Part shown: positions 27,468 to 40,875 of the stretch, one piece after another
Layout: every line of letters starts with the position of its first letter
Numbering within the stretch: position 1 is the stretch's first letter
NCBI GenBank assembly: GCA_951406725.2
Contig: OX597839.1
Coordinates: 40,610,001-40,674,000, forward strand
Length of the DNA stretch: 64,000 nucleotides
Direction: 5' to 3'
Origin: Octopus vulgaris
Lineage: Eukaryota
The notes under the pieces: model-generated
The model's input: only the letters and a program-made list of their open reading frames with translations
Database searches by the model: none
Told to the model about the DNA's origin: nothing
Program-made: the position numbers and the translations under genes

Positions 27468-27508
27468 ATATGCACATGTATATAAATGCATACACATATT
27501 ATGTATAA

Positions 27509-27541
<33 letters not shown>

Positions 27542-27651
27542 ATATGCACATGTATATAAATGCATACACATATTATGTATAAATATATATACATATATAT
27601 ATATATTCGTGGGTATATATTTATATATATATATATATGTATTCATACGTG

Positions 27652-27698
<47 letters not shown>

Positions 27699-28129
27699 CA
27701 TCCACACAGACATCATCATCATTAAAAAAAAAAAAATATATATATATATATACATACACATGCATATATATATATATATATGTGTACACGCTCACATCGG
27801 CCATTTTGTGGCTTTATCGCTGATTGGCGCCATTTTGCCTGCAAGTCGTTAACTTCTCTCTGGCAATAATTTGGTTTCCGTTAGCTTCTCTTCTGTTCCT
27901 ATTGAAATTCTTCCCTCATGCCGACTGACAGTTCAATGTGTTGGAATCAGCACCAGACTGGAATACCCAATGACTCGAACACCAAAGAAATTAAACAAAT
28001 AAACAAACAAATATCTAAATAAATAACAAACAAATCATTAACAAATAAATAAGGAAAAAAAAGTAAATAAACAAATATTGAAGTTTTTCATTGTTGACTT
28101 TTGGTGATTTTCTTTTTGTTTGTTTCTTA

Positions 28130-29107
28130 ATTTATATCTTTTTGGATGTCGTTGTTGTTGTAGTTGTTGTTATTGTTGTTGTTGTTTTGGATTTTATTGT
28201 TGTTGTTTTTCGAGTTTTCTGGGGGGTTTTTTCATCGCTGTTGGCTGGGGTTTTTTTTTTGTTGTTTTTCTTATATACTTTTTGTTGCTGCTGCTGCTGC
28301 TGCCGCTGCTGCCGCTGCTGTTGTTGTTGATCTTCTTGTACTTCTTCTTCTTCTTCTCCTTCTTCTTCTCCGTCTTCTTCTCCTCCTCCTCCTTTTTCTT
28401 CTTCTCCACCACCTCCTTCATCTTCTACTTCTCTTTCTTCTTTTTCTTCTTCTTCTTCTTCTTCTTCTTCTTCTTCTTCTCATTCTTCTTCTTCTTCTCC
28501 GCCTTATTCTTCTCCTCCCCCTCCCCCTCCTCCTCCTTCTTCTTCTTCTCTTTCTTCTTCTTCTTCTTCTTCTTCCTCCTCCTCTTCTTCTTCTTCTTCT
28601 CCTCCTCCTCTTCTTCTTCTTCTTCTTCTTCTTCTTCTTCTTCTTCTTCTTCTTCTTCTTCTTCTTCTTCTTCTTCTTCTTCTTCTTCTTCTTCTTCTTC
28701 TTCTTCTCTTTCTTCTTCTTTTTCTTCTTCTCTTTCTCCTCCTCCTCCTCCTCCTCCTTCTTCTTTTGCATTTTTTTGTTTTTCTTTTTGTCTTGCTGAC
28801 GGTCTATAATATTTCATTTGGCATTTTATGGTTTCGTGTTGTTGCTGTTACTGCTGTTTTCATTTTTGCTGTTAATGATGATGATGATGACAATGAGGAC
28901 GGTGATGTTGATAATGACCATGATGATGATGAGGAGGAGGAGGAGGAGGATTACGACGACGGGGACGACGTCAACGAAAACGCCGATGATAATAAGGACA
29001 ATCATGATGATGATGATGATGACGATGATGATGATGAGGAGGAGGAGGAGGAGGAGGAGGACGATGATGATGGTGATGATGATGATGACGATGATGATGA
29101 TGATGTC

Positions 29108-29150
<43 letters not shown>

Positions 29151-29151
29151 C

Positions 29152-29183
<32 letters not shown>

Positions 29184-29740
29184 TGATTATGATGATGATG
29201 ATGATGATGATGACGACGACGACGGCGATGATGATGATGATGTTGATGATGATGTCATGATGGTGATGATGATGGTGATGATGATGACGACGACGACGAT
29301 GGCGATGATGATGATGATGATGATGATGATGTCGATGTCATGATGATGATGATGATGAAGATGATGATGTCGATGACGATGACGACAGCGATGATGATTA
29401 AAAACGAGGCGGCTGCTGCTGATGTTGCTGCTGATGTTGACAGTGATGACAGTGATGACGACGATGGTGTTGACCACGCTATGATGTTGGAAGTGTCACT
29501 GGCAGTAGTGATGGCGGCCATTCCGGTAGTGGCGGTGGCGATGTAATTGTAATAGTTGTTGTTGCTGGTGGTGGTGGTAGTGACGGTGGTGGTGATAGCG
29601 GTGGTGATGGTGATGGTGATGATGATAATGATGATGATGATGGTGGTGGTTGTTCTGGTTGTTATTGTTGCTTATATTAGCTTTCGTTTCTTTTGGTAGA
29701 ATCTTTATTCACATTGATATGGTTGTTATTGTTGCTGTCG
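28130..29740. repeat. 1.6-kb compound trinucleotide region (TTG, CTG, CTT, GAG, GAT, GAC, GGT)
   Basis: Direct reading. Confidence 0.9.
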
Positions 29741-29760
29741 TTGTAATTGTATTTTTTTAT

Positions 29761-29980
29761 TACTCTTTTAATCTTTTACTCTTTTACTCTTTAATTTGTT
29801 TCAGTTATTTGACTGTGGCCATGTAGGAGCACCGCCTTTAAGTCGATCAAATCGGTCCCAGGACTTATTCATTGTGAGCCTAGTACTTATTCTATCGGTC
29901 TCTTAGGCCGAACCCCTGGGTTATAGGGACGTAAACACACCAACATCAGTTGACAAACACAGACACACAAACATATACAC

Positions 29981-30020
<40 letters not shown>

Positions 30021-30132
30021 CGTGATCACGTGACCGATCAGTCCATCAGATGTAGTTACACATCGCTGGTCACAATGCGTTCGCATTGTTTTAGCCTTGG
30101 AATGACGCCACCCCGCTGGCTAAGCGAGCAGG

Positions 30133-30200
<68 letters not shown>

Positions 30201-30260
30201 TACGACGGGTTTCTTTCAGTTTCTGTCTACCAAATCCACTCACAAGGCTTTGGTCGGCCT
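29761..30260 (-). mobile_element. SINE type A with a SINE type B tail-2 fragment (30018-30136) nested in its internal (TA)n
   Basis: The type A tail and head flank acgtgatcacgtgaccg...gagcaggccaa, the reverse complement of about 46564-46682. Confidence 0.85.
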
Positions 30261-30460
30261 GAATATGCTGAAAAATAGACGCTACATATAAGTGAAAATA
30301 TTTTATGTGGTTAGACGATTTAGCGTCTATTTTTCAGCAAATTGGCAAAGAAAACGTTTTTCTTTTTGCCCTTGATTATAATTATAATTTTCACCTTAAA
30401 AGGTATTTTTCATATGCTGGCCACCGATGAGATTTTAAATAAAATTTTATCCTTATATTA
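30261..30460 (-). mobile_element. Short repeat with a 19-bp inverted repeat, related to 39435-39707
   Basis: tgctgaaaaatagacgcta/tagcgtctatttttcagca. Minus-strand ataaggataaaatt..gtggccagcatatgaaaaata resembles ataagggtagaaatt..gtggcctagcatattaaaata. Confidence 0.5.
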
Positions 30461-30556
30461 GAAGTATGTACATGCATATAAATCATATGTAATATAAAGG
30501 GACAGATAGATATAGATAAATATATATGTGTGTGTGTATTTATTTATATGTATAGA

Positions 30557-30804
30557 GTGGAGGCGCGTAGTTTAGTGGTTAGGATCTCAGCATCATGATC
30601 GTAAGATTGTGGTTTCGATTCCTGGACCGGGCGACGTGTTGTGTTCTTGGGCAAAACACTTCATTTCACGTTACTCCAGTCCACTCAGCTGGCAAAAATT
30701 AGTAACGCTGCAATGGACTGGTGTCCCATCCAGCTGGGGAACACATACGCCATAGAAACCGAGAAACCGGGCCCCATGAGCCTGGCTAGGCTTTAGAAGG
30801 GCGC
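30557..30804 (+). mobile_element. SINE type C
   Basis: Pol III boxes, ccagtccactcagctggc, gcaatggactggtgtcccatccag and gaaaccgagaaaccgggcc. Confidence 0.8.
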
Positions 30805-30845
30805 GTCATTTTATATATATATAAACATATGTAATATAAAGAGTC

Positions 30846-30892
<47 letters not shown>

Positions 30893-30893
<1 letters not shown>

Positions 30894-31284
30894 TAGCAGT
30901 ATCGCCCGGCGTTGCTCGGGTTTGTAAGGGAAATAACTATATAAGCATTTTTAGAGAGTTATAACCAAAAAATAGCAAAAAAATGCATTAAAAATGGAAA
31001 AAAAATGATGGTAATTTTTTTTATATCGTTGACTCATCGTAGACATTTTTAGAGAGTTACTTCCCTTATATAATAGCGAAAAAATGCATTAAAATAGAAA
31101 AAAAAATGGCAAATTTTTTCAAAAATCGTAGACTCATCGTAGACGCGCGCTAATACCCAGAAGGGCTCGATATGAATCACGACTATAAGATACCCGGTTT
31201 TGGTTAAAATGCACCGCAAAATGTGGGAGGAGTTAGGAATCTAAATCGTAGGAGACAGACACACAACTTGACTTTTATATATAA

Positions 31285-31287
<3 letters not shown>
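30893..31287 (-). mobile_element. Non-autonomous Helitron, copy 2, inserted in (TA)n
   Basis: Same TC...hairpin-CTAG termini as 12284-12679 and nearly identical sequence. Confidence 0.88.
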
Positions 31288-31343
<56 letters not shown>

Positions 31344-31351
31344 TAGTTAGT

Positions 31352-31431
<80 letters not shown>

Positions 31432-31720
31432 CTGACAGAGAGACTGAGGCATACTGAGACAGTTAAACAGATATCTCATATTAGAAATTATATGTGTGTG
31501 TGTTTGTTATAGACGTGCTGCGGCATATTTATGGCTAAATCAGTTCAGTCACAGCCAATTATGCGATTAATTTATGTTATTGCGAATTTAAATTAATGTT
31601 CTTCAATGACGCAAGTTGTCAGCACAAAATATTAGTCTAGCATAGCCAACAGTCACTGGTGAGTTAGTACAACTTGGTAATACTCGACGTGTTCTCAGTC
31701 AACTTGGCATAATGGTTAGT

Positions 31721-32575
31721 GGTATTTCGTCTGTTCTTTAGGTTCTGAGTTCAAATTTCGCCGAGGTCGACTTTGCCTTTCATCCTTTCGGGGTCGATTA
31801 AATAAGTACCAGTTACGCACTGGGGTCGATATAATCGACTTAATCCGTTTGTCTGTCCTTGTTTGTCCCCTCTGTGTTTAGCCCCTTGTGGGTAGTAAAG
31901 AAATAGGTATTTCGCCAGCTGCTACGTTCTGAGTTCAAATTCCGCCGAGGTCGACTTTGCTTTCATCCTTTCGGGGTCGATTAAATACGTACCAGTTACG
32001 CACTGGGGTCGATATAATCGACTTAATCCGTTTGTCTGCCCTTGTTTGTCCTCCCTGTGTTTAGCCCCTTGTGGGCAGTAAAGAAATAGGTATTTCGTCT
32101 GCCGCTACGCTCTGAGTTCAAATTCCACCGAGGTCGACTTTGCCTTTCACCCTTTCGGGGTCGATTAAATAAGTACCAGTTACGCACTGCGGTCGATATA
32201 ATCGACTTAATCCGTTTGTCTGTCCTTTTTTGTCCTCTATGTATTTAGCCCCTTGTGGGTAGTAAAGAAATAGGTATTTCGTCTGTCGCTACGTTCTGAG
32301 TTCAAATTCCGTCGAGGTCGACTTTGCTTTTCATCCTTTCGGGGTCGATTAAATAAGTACCAGTTACGCACTGGGGTCGATATAATCGACTTAATCCGTT
32401 TGTCTGTCCTTGTTTGTCCTCTCAGTGTTTAGACTCTTGAGGGTAGTAAAGAAATAGGTATTTCGTCTGCCGCTACGATAAATTAAGTACCAGTTGCATA
32501 CTGAGGTCGATCAAGTCGACTGCCCCCCCCCAAAAAAAAAAAATTCGGGCCTTGTGCCTAGAGAAGAAAAGAATA
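31721..32575 (+). repeat. Tandem array of 5'-truncated SINE type D, 4 x about 184 bp plus a partial unit
   Basis: ggtatttcg unit starts at 31721, 31906, 32089, 32273 and 32457. Confidence 0.9.
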
Positions 32576-32622
32576 CTCTACATGTTCTCAGTCAGCAAGC
32601 TGATAGAATTGTAGGCACCTCC

Positions 32623-33504
32623 TTCATCCTAGTAATAATCCTTTCTACTTGAAGCACACTCGACCCCAGTGTGTAACTGGTACTTATTTAATCGACTCCA
32701 AAAGGATAAAAGGCAAAGTCGACCTCGGTGGTATTTGAACTAAGAAATTAGCGACGGGCGAAATATCGCTAAGCATTTCGTCCAGCACGCTAACGATTCG
32801 GCCAGCTCGCCGCCCTCTTTATCCAAGTAATAATCTTTTCTACTCTAGGCACAAGGCCCGAAATTTTGGGGGAGGCGGAGCCAGTCGATTAGATCGACCC
32901 AGTACACAACTGGTACTAAATTTATCGACCCCGAAAAGGATAAAAAGCAAAGTCGACCTCGGTGGTATTTGAATTAAGAAATTAGCGACGGGCGAAATAT
33001 CGCTAATTATTTCGTCTAGCACGCTAACGATTCGGCCAACTCGCCGCCCTCTTAATCCAAGCAATAATCTTTTCTACTCTAGGCACAAGGCCCGAAATTT
33101 TGGGGGAGGCGGAGCCAGTCGATTAGATCGACCCAGTACACAACTGGTACTAAATTTATCGACCCCGAAAAGGATAAAAAGCAAAGTCGACCTCGGTGGT
33201 ATTTGAACTCAGAAATTAGCGACGGGCGAAATATCGCTAAGCATTTCGTCCACCGAGCTAACGATTCTGCCAGCTCGCCGCCCAATTTATCCTAGTAATA
33301 ATCTTTTCTACTCTAAGCACAACGCCCGAAATTTGGGGGGAGTGGAGGGAGCAGTCGACTAGATCGACCCAGTACACAACTGGTACTTAATTCATCAACC
33401 CCGAAAGTATGAAAAGCAAAGTCGACCTCGGCGGAATATGAACTCAGAATGTATAGACAGATACTGCTACGTATTTCGTCCGGTGTGTTTATCCTAGTAA
33501 TAAT
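32623..33504 (-). repeat. Tandem array of four SINE type D copies separated by a repeated target-like motif
   Basis: atccWagYaataat at 32626, 32821, 33055, 33289 and 33491. The middle units are 234 bp. Confidence 0.9.
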
Positions 33505-33596
33505 AGTTTGTGTATGCTTTTCATGATCAACTCAGATCGATATAATCGATTATTAAGATATATGTGGCAGCCCTCTGCCTATATTATAAATCATAG

Positions 33597-33815
33597 AGAT
33601 GGCAGAATCGTTAGAGCGTCGGCATAAAAAAAAGGGATTTGCAATATCGTGTATTTTCTGGTTCCTGACGTTTTGAGTTCAAATAGCCCCAAGGTCAACG
33701 TCTCCATTCACCTCTTGGGGATTTAGAAATAGTACAGCAGACAGTCAAGTATTGAAATCGATAGTAGAGACTGGCCCCTCCCCTCAAAATGTTTGACCTG
33801 GTAACCTAAACTGGA
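33597..33815 (+). mobile_element. Old SINE type D
   Basis: tggcagaatcgttagagcg...gagttcaaat..caaggtcaac. Confidence 0.6.
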
Positions 33816-34206
33816 AACAAAAATTTGGAAGCAATTATTGTTAGTTGTAGTAGTAATATTGCTAGTAGTAGTGGTCATTTTAGGGGTCATAGTATAAATT
33901 GTAGAAGAGGAGGGGTGGGGGAGATGAAGGAAATAGGAGGAAGAGAAAGAGGGGAGGACTATTTTGATCTCAAAAGTAACAGTAGTATATTCAAGCTAAT
34001 CTTCATATATATACATATATATATATATATATGCACACACACACACACACACATATATGTGTGAGTTTATTTAAATACATGTATATGCATATATGTGTCT
34101 GTACGTGAGTGTCTATATATATGTGTGTATACATGTATATATGGATGTGCGTATATGTATGTGCGTATATGTGTGTGCCTATGCAAGTATGTTTGTGTAT
34201 ACAGGC

Positions 34207-34253
<47 letters not shown>

Positions 34254-34457
34254 AATGCCAATACTTATATATACATACATATATACATAAACACACACTA
34301 CATACACACACACGCATATCTACAGAGACACACACATACACACGCACACACAGACACACGCATACACACGCACATATATGTATATGCCAATATTTGTATA
34401 TACATATATATACATAAACACGCACTACATACACACACACGCATATCTACACACACT

Positions 34458-34502
<45 letters not shown>

Positions 34503-34829
34503 ATACATGTATATATATATGTATATAATATATATATATATATATATATACATATATATAATCTTTATCTTTCTTGATCTCGCTCCCATTGTCCAGCAGT
34601 TCCTATCTATATTTGTAATATTATCTCACAGACGAAGATAATCTTACGAAAACAAAAACCAAGAGAGACGCAAGAGAGAGAGAGAAAGAGAAGTAGAAAT
34701 GAAAACATCTACACACTGAAAGAGGTCCTGAGGAAGGATAAGACAGCACACGGCGTCATTATTCAACATCATACATTATACATCATAGATCATAGATCAT
34801 AAACCACACTAATCTCTCTCTGTCTCTGT

Positions 34830-34910
34830 TGTCATTCAATACCTTAAATCTAGATCTCTGTGAGGTTTCGAATTTGTATGGCCAGTGTTTTGATAATGCT
34901 GGAATGTCTG
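34830..34910 (+). mobile_element. Possible tiny hAT transposase remnant
   Basis: [22 protein letters not shown] resembles the GQxYDGAxNM motif of hAT transposases. The match is very short. Confidence 0.4.
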
Positions 34911-34966
34911 TGCGTTTGATGCGCATGCGTGCGTTTTTGCTTACATATTGCATATATATTGTGTAT

Positions 34967-35018
<52 letters not shown>

Positions 35019-35054
35019 ATGCATACATATACATATATGCATACATATATATGC

Positions 35055-35095
<41 letters not shown>

Positions 35096-35307
35096 AATGT
35101 GCGTATATTATGAACATATATGTTTATGCATGTATATGTAAGTATGTATGTATATGTATGTAAATGTATGTATATGTATGTACATGTGTATATGTATGTG
35201 TGTATATGCAAAATATGTATATACTTATAGATAATATATGTGCATATATATATGTATACATGTGTGTATATATTAATGTATATATATATATATATATACA
35301 TTTACAT

Positions 35308-35356
<49 letters not shown>

Positions 35357-35707
35357 TATATATATATACATATGTATACATAGACATACATAAGTATATA
35401 TGTACATATGTCTATATGCAAGATATATATTTATATATATATATATATATATATGCATGTATATGTGTATATGCCTGTGCATGTGTGGGCGTGTGTGTGT
35501 CTGTGTGTGAGTGTCCAGTTATAGCCGTGTGTATACATGATATCATTCTTCCCTTCCAGATATCACATTCTTTAAACAATATCAAACGTGAAGGATTAAG
35601 CAGATAACACAAGGGTATTTATAATTTCTTTTGTCTTGCATCAATGTTCTTTTTGCTGCTGTTGCTGCTGTTGTTGCTGCTGCTACTGCTGCTGATGTTG
35701 CGGTTTT

Positions 35708-35744
35708 TGATGATGATGATGATGACGATGACGATGACGATGAC

Positions 35745-35775
<31 letters not shown>

Positions 35776-35776
35776 T

Positions 35777-35817
<41 letters not shown>

Positions 35818-35877
35818 GTGATGGTGATGATGATGATGATGATGATGACGATGATGATGGTGATGGTGATGATGATG

Positions 35878-35909
<32 letters not shown>

Positions 35910-36203
35910 GACGATGATGATTTTCTTTTCCTTCTTCATTTCTCTTTGTACAACTTCTTCACACCATCGTCATCGTAGTCATCATCGTCATCATCATCGT
36001 CATCATCATCATCGTCATCATCCTGGTCGACTATTCCGTTAGTATTATCACTATCGCCACTACCACCACCACCACCACAGTCGTCATCATCATCATCATC
36101 ATCATTTTCAGCATCCTCATCATCATTGCCATCATCATAGTCATCGTCATCGTCATCACCATCATCATTATCGTCATCGTCATCACCATCATCATTATCG
36201 TCG

Positions 36204-36241
<38 letters not shown>

Positions 36242-36277
36242 GTTACCATCATCATCATCAACATCATCATCATCACC

Positions 36278-36308
<31 letters not shown>

Positions 36309-36355
36309 TCATCATCATCATCACCATCTTCATCACCATCATCATTATCATCGTT
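35708..36355. repeat. (GAT)n tract followed by an oppositely oriented (CAT)n tract
   Basis: Direct reading. Confidence 0.95.
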
Positions 36356-36936
36356 ACGTAGATGTTCCCTTCTTCCATATTTGTTATTTCTATTTAATCG
36401 TCTTTTATTTAATCTTGTTCCTCGTCCTTCTCGTTAATCTAATACTGTTTAATCGACATAATTCCACCAACAAAGTTTTATCTTTTCAGTTTCGTCGTAT
36501 GTGGCTGCCTGTGTGTGTCAGTGTATCTGCTTGAACGTATCTATCTACTCTAACACCAATTAAATAACTAGTGTTGTTATTTCTATCCCACGAGATATTG
36601 TTTTAGAGAAAAATACACCGTTTACAAAAAAAACAGTGGAAAATTTAAATATAGGCTCTGATGTTGGTTCGAATGTCTGAATCCAGCTTGTCCGGCTACT
36701 TATTCGTTTCAGGATAGATATTTAAACTTTGCTATTATGAATTTATCTCTGTTTTTAAAATTGCTATCCCTTGCTTCGTCTTCAGCCTTATTTTCCCTCC
36801 ACTGTTCCTCTATAGAGCGCCTTTCTTGGAATTGAAGTTGCAAAAGTCTGGTCTCGGAGGGCAAAGTTGCTTGAGAGCAAGGCGGCAGTCGCGGTGCCAT
36901 TCGTCTAGCCTCGGTCCCTGTTTGATCTATGACCGC

Positions 36937-37172
<236 letters not shown>

Positions 37173-37368
37173 AATATATGTATGTAAGCATGTATGTATG
37201 CATGCATGCATGCATGTACGTATGTAGAATAGCAGTATATATATCGTTAAATGTTAACAAAGGATCCCAAACTTCAACTGATTTCACACTCTCCCCTTTT
37301 CGTCCAGTTTGAGTATCAAGAGAAAGACAATTTTGTATGTTTCACTGTTTTAAAATTCAGACTGGACA

Positions 37369-37582
37369 AGGCGGCTTGCTGGCAGAAACGATAGGTTACC
37401 GAGCGTAATGCTTAGCGGTATTTCGTCTGTCATTACGTTCTGAGTTCAAGTTCTGCCGAGGTCGACTTTGCCTTTCATCCACTCGGGGTCGATGAATTAA
37501 GTACCTGTTGCGTACTGGGGTCGATCTAATCGACTGGCCCTCTCTCCAAAAGTTTCGGACCTTTTGCCTAGAGTAGAAAAAA
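37369..37582 (+). mobile_element. SINE type D, full length
   Basis: aggcggcttgctggcagaa head, Nin-like core and gcctagagtagaaaa tail. Flanked by tcagactg. Confidence 0.85.
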
Positions 37583-37842
37583 AGGATACTCAGACTGAAG
37601 ATATAGTAAAATTATAAAACAACTGCATATACTATGTGTGTGTGAAGTGTGTGTGTGTGTGGAATGAGTATGTGTGTGGAGCGTGGGTGTGTGTGTATTT
37701 CAAAGTTTATGAGGATTACTTAATACAGTATGTATGTATGTAAGTATAGGCATATGTGTTTATATATGTTTATATTATACGTATATATGTGTATACGTGT
37801 ATGTATATATATATATGTATATATACATGCACATATGTAGAA

Positions 37843-37881
<39 letters not shown>

Positions 37882-37904
37882 AATATATATATATGTGTGT
37901 ATGT

Positions 37905-37954
<50 letters not shown>

Positions 37955-38461
37955 TGTTATATTTACTTATATAATAAACATGTATACGTATTAACGGACA
38001 TTCATCCATTCATACAGATGTCAAAAGAGAGATTTCTGCATTCGTTTTTCTAAAGCAGTGATTAGAAGGCGGGGTTGAAAGGATTATGATATTTTCAGTA
38101 CATTTAGGGTTAAATAGAAAGAATGGACGACATTTTCGTTCCGTTCTGTATTCATAAGAATCCTCCTTTACATTGACTTACGGGGAGACCGTAAGACGCT
38201 TCCAATCGTCCCTCTTCAAACTTGCCCTTTCATTGACAATCATAATTCCCTTCTAAATAAATTTGTACATAGTCACACGAACACAAACCGACGTATCACA
38301 GAAAGACACACACACACACACAAACACACACATAGACACACACAGTGTAATGTATATAGATATATACGTGTTTATATATATCTTTACAAAAATGTATATA
38401 TACATACATATATATATACGTGATATGGCTTATATACATACATATATATATACGTGATATG

Positions 38462-38580
38462 GCTTACGGCCATATCACGCTGTAAGCACCGGTTCTTGTC
38501 CGACCACCGAAGTTAAGCAACATCGAGCCTAGTTAGTACTTAAATGGGTGACCGTTTGGGAAACCTAGGTGCTGTAAGCA
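38462..38580 (+). rRNA. Solitary 5S rRNA copy, probably a pseudogene
   Basis: gcttacggccatatcacgctg...gaagttaagcaa...gttagtactt..tgggtgaccg..gggaa..ggtgctgtaagc. Terminal helix gcttacggc/gctgtaagc is intact. No oligo-T terminator, and box C reads taaatggg. Confidence 0.9.
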
Positions 38581-38854
38581 TTCTATTGCAAACGGCAATA
38601 TATATATATATATAAATTAATAGTTATCGCCATACTTATATGGCAGTCTTATAAATATAAGACTAAAGCTGTCGCTGATTATCTCCAAGAGGCCACCGGC
38701 TCAAGCTAGCTATTTGACACACAACCTTAGTAATTTTATTATTTCTATTATATATATATATATATATATATACGTACGTATATGCATTTGTGTGTATATA
38801 GATATCTATATCTATATCTATCACTCTCTTTCTATATATATATATATGTGTGTA

Positions 38855-38934
<80 letters not shown>

Positions 38935-38979
38935 TATATATAGGAAGAGATAGAGAGAGAGAGAAAGAGAGATATATGC

Positions 38980-39341
38980 GTGGAGGCGCAATGGCCCAAT
39001 GGTTAGCAGAGCGGACTCGCGGTCGAAGGATCGCGATTTCGATTCCCAGACTGTGCGTTTTGAGTGTTTATTAAGCGAAAACACCTAAAGCTGCACGAGG
39101 CGCCAGCAGAGAGTGGTAGCGAGCACTGCTGTGCTCCTTCACCACATCTTTCTCTCACTCTTCACTCTTTCCTCCAGTTTCTTTCGTATTGTCACACTCT
39201 GTGTCACGCCGAATCTCCCCGAGTACTATGTTTAGGGTACAGGTGTCTGTGGAGTGCTCAACCACTTGCACGTTAATTTAATGAGCAGGCTATTCCGTTG
39301 ATCGGATTATCTGGGACTCTCATCGTAACCTACGGAGTGCT
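38980..39341 (+). mobile_element. SINE type B with tail 1
   Basis: Homologous to 8793-9180. Confidence 0.85.
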
Positions 39342-39368
39342 ACATATATATATATATTTGAATTGATA

Positions 39369-39426
<58 letters not shown>

Positions 39427-39434
39427 TATATATA

Positions 39435-39707
39435 AAATTGAATAAGGGTAGAAATTGATATTAATCAGTTAAAACCAGTGGCCTAGCATATTAAAATAAT
39501 CCGAAGATTAAGATATTTTTTATATACAAAATTTAAAGGAGTGACCACTAAAAGTGGACGGTCAATATGCTAGATATAGACGTCAAAATCGCTATTTTCC
39601 ACGAAGAATGTGTTCTCAAGAAAAAACTCAGCAATGGAAAATAGCGATTTTGACGTCTATATCTAACATATTGACCGTACACTTTTAGTGGTCAGTCCTT
39701 TAAATTT
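39435..39707. mobile_element. (TA)n-embedded element ending in a 73-bp inverted repeat
   Basis: Arms 39529-39601 and 39635-39707, 3 mismatches, 33-nt spacer. Confidence 0.8.
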
Positions 39708-39888
39708 ATATATGTATATATATATATATTTTTGTTGTTGTTTTTAAATATATGTCCAGTTCCTTTGGTTTGTGTGTATGTCTTCGTTTCTCATTGTGTT
39801 CGACGTCCTTTTGGTGTCCTGTACTCATATATGCGTGTATATGTACATGTAGATGTAGATGCGTACATATATGTTTATATATGCATAT

Positions 39889-40017
39889 ACTCTTTTACTC
39901 TTTTACTTGTTTCAGTCATTTGACTGCGGCCATGCTGAAGCACCGCCTTTAGTCGAGCAACTCGACCCCGGGACTTATTCTTTTTGTAAGCCCAGGTCTC
40001 TTTTTGCCGAACCGCTT
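39889..40017 (-). mobile_element. SINE type A 3' fragment
   Basis: ttttacttgtttcagtcatttgactgcggccatgctg. Confidence 0.8.
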
Positions 40018-40027
40018 ATTTCATTTA

Positions 40028-40187
<160 letters not shown>

Positions 40188-40577
40188 AAGACAGACAGAT
40201 GTGAATACTGACTAACACAAACAGACACTCAGTCAAATTGTTCTCATTTCCTGTTTTCTCTTTCAATATAAACAGTGTGTATTTATTTTGAACGTCAAAC
40301 CGATGTTACCACCCTACCATCTCACACACCACTGCCAACAACTACAATAACGACAGCAAGTACTACTACAACAACAACAACAGCAACACCGAGAACTTTA
40401 TCACCGATAACAATCATAAAAAAAGACACATTATACAAATGTCACAAACTCCATATCTGTAAACAACAATAGGAAGTCTGAAAAACCAAAGACATACATA
40501 TATGTGCGTATATCTATATTTGTATCTATAGTTATCTATTTATCTATCTGCCAATGCATAAATATATGTATATGTAT

Positions 40578-40669
<92 letters not shown>

Positions 40670-40672
<3 letters not shown>

Positions 40673-40841
40673 CGCAGGAGTGGCTGTGTGGTAAGTAGCT
40701 TGCTTACCAACCACATGGTTCCGGGTTCAGTCCCACTGCGTGGCTGCTTGAGCAAGTGTCTTCTACTATAGCCTCGAGCCGACCAAAGCCTTGTGAGTGG
40801 ATTTGGTAGACGGAAACTGAAAGAAGCCTGTCGTATATATG

Positions 40842-40875
<34 letters not shown>

